Assembly: GCA_963771885.1 (NCBI GenBank) | Contig: CAVYVF010000020.1 | Coordinates: forward strand, 1 to 15,042 | Direction of reading: 5' to 3' | Source: Candidatus Bathyarchaeota archaeon | Lineage (GTDB): Archaea > Thermoproteota > Bathyarchaeia > TCS64 | DNA: 15,042 bases | Made by a program: the position numbers and the translations under genes | In this document: positions 9,262-15,042 of the stretch, piece after piece | Position numbering within the stretch: position 1 is the stretch's first letter | How the letters are laid out: each line of letters starts with the position of its first letter | Notes under the pieces: generated by a model | The model's input: the letters and a program-made list of their open reading frames with translations, nothing else | Databases searched by the model: none | What the model was told of the DNA's origin: nothing

Positions 9262-9498
9262 ATGAAAATGACGAAAATGGTCGGAGTGTTAACATTATTG
9301 CTCGTGTCAGGCGTTTTTATTGTTCCAGCGCTTGCCCAGCGAGTAGATTCAGTCTATATTGACTTGGTTAGCCCGGGGCCGGCTCCCTCATCAGGCGACG
9401 GTGTACCAAGTGGTAACCCGTATATTCAACCAGATACTGGAGGCGTGGGACCTGCTCCGAATGCCGGCGACGGGGTATCAGACGGCAGTGGGTTTTAA
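9262..9498 (+). CDS. Small secreted Gly/Pro/Asp-rich protein (78 aa) with two GPAPxxGDGVxxG repeats
   Basis: GGAGGA SD at 9249-9254; signal MKMTKMVGVLTLLLVSGVFIVPALA; repeats at 9376-9414 and 9448-9486. Confidence 0.72.
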   Translation: MKMTKMVGVLTLLLVSGVFIVPALAQRVDSVYIDLVSPGPAPSSGDGVPSGNPYIQPDTGGVGPAPNAGDGVSDGSGF

Positions 9499-9531
9499 TT
9501 AATCTATGTATGAATGAAATTATTGACCTTC

Positions 9532-10008
9532 TCAGTTGAGTGGCATATTTTGGAGTATCCACTTCTCCACGAATCGCTGAGATGCGGTAAAACCTTCATC
9601 AAGGAATATTGCACCAACGAGCGCCTCTAAGCTGTCTGATCCGAAGGATACGCTTCTCCTTCTGATTTTTTCATCAACACTTTCTTCGAGGAATAGATAC
9701 TTTTCGAACCCGAGTCCATCCGCTATCTTATCCAGCTCGGTGTTTTCGGTCATTCTGCGGGCATCGTTCATCTCTTTGAGAGGTGTGTCTCTGGCATACA
9801 TGGCTCGGTAGAGTATCAGGTCGATTATCTTGTCCCCGAGCAGGGCTAGTCTGAGCATCTCGTCTTTTGAGGTGAGGCTAAGACCAAGTGGATTTCTATG
9901 GCTTAAGGCCGTGACGAGTAGGGCTTTGTCTTTGAAGTTTAACCCGAATAGTTCCTCAAACTCGTTGAGTCTATTTTCGGTGTAGAGCCTTGACGCGTCT
10001 TGAGACAT
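9532..10008 (-). CDS. Stand-alone RNase III nuclease domain protein (no dsRBD; Mini-III-like)
   Basis: FKDKALLVTALSHR, RLALLGDKIIDL and SDSLEALVGAIFLD signatures. The 158-aa protein ends right after the nuclease domain. Confidence 0.82.
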   Translation of the reverse strand: MSQDASRLYTENRLNEFEELFGLNFKDKALLVTALSHRNPLGLSLTSKDEMLRLALLGDKIIDLILYRAMYARDTPLKEMNDARRMTENTELDKIADGLGFEKYLFLEESVDEKIRRRSVSFGSDSLEALVGAIFLDEGFTASQRFVEKWILQNMPLN

Positions 10009-10212
10009 AGTTGAAGATAGGAACTAAGTGTCATCTTATGTTTTTGGAATTTCTCGACTGTCCTATTTCTCTAATGGTAAACATAATGTCAAGATAAAAC
10101 GAACAATCAAAGAAAATTTCGATGTATTGGGTTCGTGTGTGCCGACTTTGTAAAGTTTCCTTTTCAAAAAACGTTAAACAGCTTCCCAAAGGCGTATTCG
10201 GGGCAAAGGTCG

Positions 10213-11592
10213 ATGGATTCCAAGATAATCTCATACCTAATCGTCGCAATACTCGTGGGCAGCAGCGTCTATCTCGGAAACATCATACTAGATAAAACCA
10301 ATCAAGAACAAAGCCCCCAAGAAACAGCAGAACTCAGAGCACAGGTGGCGAACCTCACCAAATCCCTCTCAACACTCGAATCGGAGTGCGACTTACTCCG
10401 TGACGAGCTAGCCACCCTCTCTGAGAAGAACTTGGTGAATAAGACTGTAACAATAGGCTACCTTGACCATACAACACGAGACATACAACACGCCATCGAC
10501 ACGAAACGCTTCATCGAGGAGATTATTGAGCCGGACCTCAACGAGTACGCTGCTAAGCTCGGGTACGGTCTACGCTTCGAATTCGACATAGAGTTGGTTA
10601 GAGACATGATGACCTTCAACCGGCGATTCATCGAGCTCAAAGGCAGGGGCATCGAAAACATTATCGTCGGGAGGGGTAACGCCGGAGTCGATGTCAGCCT
10701 CAGCTACGCGGCCAGCAATGGCATGGTCCTAGTCAGCGCCACCTCCAGCCAGTGGGACCTCGCCATCGGCCAGGGCGTCAAGGAACGCCTCTTCAGGCTC
10801 TGCCCCTGGGATAGCTACGAGGGCACCTCCCTTGGAGACCTGCTCTGGGAGAGAGGGGTCCAAGGAGTTGTGGTCCTGCAGCGTGGAGACTCCTGGGGAG
10901 ACAGGGTCTTCCACGACCTCAGGAGGGCTTGGTGGCAGCTTAGTCAAGAGTCAATCGCAGATAGCATCAGATACGATGTGTCGGCTAGTGACTACACGAG
11001 CTACCTGCAGCAACTCGATACTTTAGTCGCGGAGGAAATTGCGAGTGGAGTGGATAGGGAACGCTTGGCGGTGGTCGCCCTCTGCCAGCGGGAGGAGGCG
11101 CCTCAGGTGCTGCGACAGGCCGCGGCCTACCCCCGGCTCATGAACGTCACCTGGTACGGGGTGGAATCAACGGCGAATAACACCGCGGTCATAGAGCAGG
11201 CTGGGCAGTTGGCTGCCCAGGTTGGGTGGGTTAGCCTAAAGCCTGACATGCCACAAACTGACGCCTATCGCAGCCTCTCCACGAGGTACGAGTCCTTGAT
11301 CGGTCGAGAGCTGGATATTTCGAGTGCTTACCTCTACGACTCGGCGATGGTTCTGGCTAGGTCAATCGTTGAGGCGCAGAGCGCGGATGGCCTTAAGGTG
11401 GGGTCGGTTTTCCCGATGGTCGCGAATGTGACTTATGGTGTGACGGGTTGGTGTGGACTCAACTCCGACCACGACCGGATCCCCACCCCCTATGGTATCT
11501 GGAGCTACACAACAGCCGGAAACGGTACTGTCACCTCGGTAAAGATCGGGAGCCTCATCCCAGCTACGTATAGGTACAGTGGACCTTGGTAA
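10213..11592 (+). CDS. Membrane-anchored ABC-type branched-chain amino acid (Liv-like) substrate-binding protein with coiled-coil stalk
   Basis: N-terminal TM, heptad stalk (ELRAQVANLTKSLSTLESECDLLRDEL), LFRLCPWD, RGDSWG, AYLYDSAMVLA and YGVTGWCGLNSDHDR. ATG 10213 preferred over GTG 10135. Confidence 0.8.
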   Translation: MDSKIISYLIVAILVGSSVYLGNIILDKTNQEQSPQETAELRAQVANLTKSLSTLESECDLLRDELATLSEKNLVNKTVTIGYLDHTTRDIQHAIDTKRFIEEIIEPDLNEYAAKLGYGLRFEFDIELVRDMMTFNRRFIELKGRGIENIIVGRGNAGVDVSLSYAASNGMVLVSATSSQWDLAIGQGVKERLFRLCPWDSYEGTSLGDLLWERGVQGVVVLQRGDSWGDRVFHDLRRAWWQLSQESIADSIRYDVSASDYTSYLQQLDTLVAEEIASGVDRERLAVVALCQREEAPQVLRQAAAYPRLMNVTWYGVESTANNTAVIEQAGQLAAQVGWVSLKPDMPQTDAYRSLSTRYESLIGRELDISSAYLYDSAMVLARSIVEAQSADGLKVGSVFPMVANVTYGVTGWCGLNSDHDRIPTPYGIWSYTTAGNGTVTSVKIGSLIPATYRYSGPW

Positions 11593-11805
11593 TTCGTCAG
11601 CTATCTTCGCGTGATTTCCCAAATTCCTTCTCTCATGCAAAGGACGGATTTTCCGCTTCTATAGAGGAGTGCTTCATGTCTAGGTTGCCCAAGCGTCCCT
11701 ACTGCCGCGCGCGCGGTAGGGGCATCGAGTACATCGGAGAAGCGCAAAAATAATAAGAGATATTTTGAAATATATCTTCCAATCCAATTGATTTTGGGTG
11801 TGTTC

Positions 11806-12209
11806 ATGTTAAAGTTCCAGAGGACATCCGAGAGATATTCACGAAGCAGGCCGTCATACCTATGTCGACCACGGATAAGAGGGGTAACCCCAACGTGGTC
11901 TACGTTCTCATGTGGTGGTGGAAGGACGATGAGACAATGGTTGTCGTGGACAACTTCCTGAACAAGACTAGGAAGAACCTCGAGGAGAACCCGAAGGCCT
12001 CATTCGTATGCTTCAACCAGGAGAAGGGGAAAAGCTTCCGAATCAAGTGCTCTGCCAAGATAGAGACGAGCGGCTCCCTGTATGAGATGGGGAACAAGAA
12101 GGCGAAGGAGTGGAAGCCTCCGCTTCCAGGTAAAGCCGTGGTCATCTGTAAAGTGACAGAAGTCTACCAGGCACTCTACGGACCCGGCGCTGGCTCGAAA
12201 CTTCTTTAA
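11806..12209 (+). CDS. Pyridoxamine 5'-phosphate oxidase-like FMN-binding protein
   Basis: MSTTDKRGNPNV, DNFLNKTRKNLEENP and GPGAG. One missing base after ATG 11806 restores MVKVPEDIREIFTKQAVIP. Confidence 0.8.
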
Positions 12210-12339
12210 CATCATCAGGTTCAGGTGCATTTTTTAAAAAGTATCTGGTTAATCGCGCTTGTATGCAAGTTATTTAGACATCTCTAAAAAAACAAGTGTT
12301 AATATTATCTCATTCCCGAAAAATTACTTGGGAAACAAG

Positions 12340-12606
12340 ATGTTTTTCATATCTCTAGTTAAATGGAAGGAATCGCCTAGGAAGCAGAAAGAGTTTGTAG
12401 ATCAGTTTACTAAGGCAATGGATGATTTTGCGAAGCAGGGCATCAAGATGCAGACCTATTGGACTCTAGGCCGGTACAACGGGGTCTCGGTGGTGGAGGC
12501 ACCATCTGAGAAGGATGCTATGAAAATAATGCTCTCCTTGTTTGATGGGGTTGAGCTGGAGATGATGGTCGCGATTCCGCGGGAGGAAGCGATTAAGCTT
12601 CTCTAG
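12340..12606 (+). CDS. GYD-domain protein (COG4274-like)
   Basis: MFFISLVKW...YWTLGRYNGVSVVEAPSE...AIPREE; the canonical GxYD appears as GRYN. Confidence 0.75.
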   Translation: MFFISLVKWKESPRKQKEFVDQFTKAMDDFAKQGIKMQTYWTLGRYNGVSVVEAPSEKDAMKIMLSLFDGVELEMMVAIPREEAIKLL

Positions 12607-12753
12607 CGCGCGCAATTACTCCTTATGTACAATTATTTTCTATTAAAATACAAGTTCGCGTGCGCGGTAGCTCCATGAAGTGTCATTTATACGCATAAGT
12701 CATATATATAGTGTTAATTATCATTTAATTGATGGATTTGTTAGATATAAAAA

Positions 12754-14047
12754 ATGGAAAAATCATATAACTGTATTCCTATTAACGATTCTTCTAATCG
12801 CGTCGATTCCTCTCTCTTCTGCGAAGGTTTTCCCGAGCATTCCCTTGGATGATATTGGCACACAGTCTTCCATTGAGGCTGACGAAGAAATGGACGATCA
12901 TTCAGTATAACGATGCCGACAATGAACTCGGCGTCTACGCCAGAGATGATATTCGGGAGATGATGGTTGTTGGAAGTGACTCCAACGTGAACATGGTGGT
13001 GCTTTACGATACCTGGGCCGAGGGAGCTGCCCCCTATTATATTGTGAATGGCGGCGCTTACAGGATTACGAAGGGACCCGACCTCAAGGCGAGCTCAATA
13101 TGGGCAGTCAGCAGACCGTCGTAGATCTCCTCGAAATGGCGCTCGAGATGTTCCCCGCGGAAAACTACGCGTTGGTTATTTGGGATCATGGCGATGACTT
13201 CCTCGGCTCTTGCAAGGATTTCCACGGTCCGGACATTGAAGAGGGCACTTACGACTTCCTCCACCACAGCGAGCTAGCAGCTGCGCTTGAGACCGTGTAT
13301 GAGCGAACATCGGTGAAGATTAGCATCCTTGCGTTCGATGCGTGCATATGCAGCATGATTGAGGTCGCATACGACTACCAGGACTTGGCACAGTACCTCG
13401 TCGCAGCGCAGGACTATGAGAACTACTGGAGTTTCCCATACGACGACATCCTCCAAGACCTGGAGATGACAAACGGTGGAAAGATGACTCCTAAAGCCTT
13501 GTCGCACCTGCTCGTCGACGACTTCATGGCGGAGTATCTAATGCCTAACGGGTGTGCGAGAGACGGGGCTTTCCCAGCGTTCACAGTGGTAGACCTGAGC
13601 CAGACGGACGAGTTCGTCGACGACCTTAACACTGTTACAGGGGTGCTCGCTGGCAACGTTCAGAAGTATAAGGGGGTTATTGATAGAGCGCGGGGGAAGG
13701 CGAACACAGGCCAGCCGATGAGGGGATGGGACGCTGACATCGATCTCTATACGTTCGTGGATGAAGTCGGTGTGATCGACGGCGGTCCAGAATACAAAGA
13801 TGCGATAGAAGACATCAAGTCAGCTTGGCTCGGAGACGAACCCTTCATCTACACGCGTTGCAGCCACCAGTACTCCGTCAAATCCGCCCATGGGCTCGGC
13901 GTCTACTTCCCACAGTCACGAGGATGCATACTTCATAACGACTTGAATGATCCCAGCTACTACTTTGGTGAAACAAACTCAGTCCTCAATGTGCCATTCG
14001 CGGGCACTGGTTGGGGAGACTTCCTTAGAGTCTACTTCGACATCTAG
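12754..14047 (+). CDS. Secreted clostripain-family (C11) cysteine peptidase, frameshifted
   Basis: Signal-like KNHITVFLLTILLIASIPLSSA; KWTIIQYNDADNEL..DIREMMVVGS; NMG; catalytic WDHG and FDAC; HGLGVYFP. Breaks at ~12880 and ~13085; the exact start is uncertain. Confidence 0.8.
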
Positions 14048-14094
14048 CGCTTGCCATCAATCTTTCTGAGAGGTTTGTCGCGCTTGCCTCGAAT

Positions 14095-14898
14095 TTATCT
14101 GCCCTTGAAAACTATCTTCTCTCCCTTATGACCGCAGCCAGACCCTCCCTCGCATCCCATGTGACATTGACTATTTTCGCAGCTTCAACCTCCTTCGCCT
14201 TAGCTTCTAAGAAACTAGAGTAAATAGCGGTTCGGACGCACTCCTTATAGATAGCGTACAGCAAGAGGCGCCGCGGTAGACATTTTTTTAGCTATAGCTA
14301 AACCGATTTCATCAACTTGGTCATCTTGAACTACCTTACTGACAAGACCTAATTCGTATGCTTGTCTTCCGGTAAAGCCCTCGTTCAGGAACATGTAATC
14401 CATCACCTTGTTCCTGCCGATCCAGATGGGGAGTCTGAGACTGCTCATGCCCCATGAGCCGACCATCCCATAGTATATGTCCCCGTCATGAATGTTGAAT
14501 GTCTCTCCCACTATTCGAATGTCAAATGAGCTGAAGACCGCCGTCGATCCGCCGAGACAGATACCGCGTGCTGCAACTAATGTTGGCTTCGGATAGCTAT
14601 CTATCCTCTCGACGATCTTTCCGCCTAACTCTGAGAATGATTCTTTGATTTCATTTGAACCCGCCAGGTCTTTTTTGATGTCGTCGACGCCTGCCCCTCT
14701 AGAGAAATTTTCACCTGTGCTTTTAGCCATGATGGCTCGAACTTCGTCGTCCTTCTCAAACTGGTCTAGAGCCTCAAGTATCTCGAATATCATTCTCTTA
14801 CCCATTCCATTCCACGGAGGGTCATTGAGGGTGATTATGCCTACCCTATCATCTTTTGTCACTGTGATTTTGGTGAATTCCATATTCATTACATCCAT
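14095..14898 (-). CDS. Enoyl-CoA hydratase/isomerase (crotonase) superfamily protein, C-terminus frameshifted
   Basis: VGIITLNDP, FSRGAG, YPKPTLVAARGICLGG, AYELGLVSKVV and APLAV. Continues after a shift at ~14250 as YKECVRTA...DAREGLAAV...VFKGR-TAA(14095-14097). Confidence 0.82.
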
Positions 14899-15042
14899 CT
14901 GCTTATTGATCTTATTAGATGGTTGTTGTCAGTTCAGGTGCGCCTTTTTGTAGAGAATAATTAACGCTGAAAATTGATTTGGCTACATATTATGAGTCCT
15001 CGAGAATCTTATCCCAGGGCGCGCGCGACAAAATAATGCTTC

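Noticed and set aside
8759..9498. Small peptides as RiPP precursors of a biosynthetic cluster
   Set aside because: No modifying enzyme (radical SAM, YcaO, LanM, ATP-grasp) lies in the window, and the leaders look like ordinary Sec signals.
10031..10249. 72-aa minus-strand ORF between the RNase III and binding-protein genes
   Set aside because: No motifs, overlaps the binding-protein start, and spans an AT-rich divergent promoter region.
12754..14047. Clostripain as the maturation protease of the secreted peptides or regulator
   Set aside because: It is over 3 kb away, separated by unrelated genes, and lacks the operator.
1..15042. tRNA, rRNA or mobile-element genes
   Set aside because: No cloverleaf, rRNA-like segment, integrase or transposase could be recognised by eye.

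Overview
Archaeal-type accessory and metabolic region. TATA-like promoters, hdrBC, a COG1751 protein and a COG2512-type membrane HTH regulator point to an archaeon; a Bathyarchaeia-like origin is a guess. Gene order: hdrC-hdrB (+); iron-sulfur flavoprotein and MTH1675/COG1751-like protein (-); two MFS transporters (+); a large secreted Ig-like/helical protein and a membrane-anchored winged-HTH regulator (-); two small secreted Asp/Gly(Cys)-rich proteins (+); a stand-alone RNase III nuclease domain (-); an orphan Liv-type solute-binding protein, PNPOx-like, GYD-domain and clostripain (C11) genes (+); a divergent crotonase (-). Many genes are broken by 1-nt indels, most likely long-read errors, and were reconstructed by hand. 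The main discovery is a self-contained putative regulon at ~5800-9500: a one-component transmembrane sensor-regulator with three copies of a 7-2-7 palindrome, TGGAACA-N2-TGTTCCA. Each copy lies upstream of a signal-peptide gene, and two of those genes share a duplicated promoter plus signal-peptide module fused to different repeat-rich cargo. Alternating (CG)n tracts also recur almost only in intergenic DNA.
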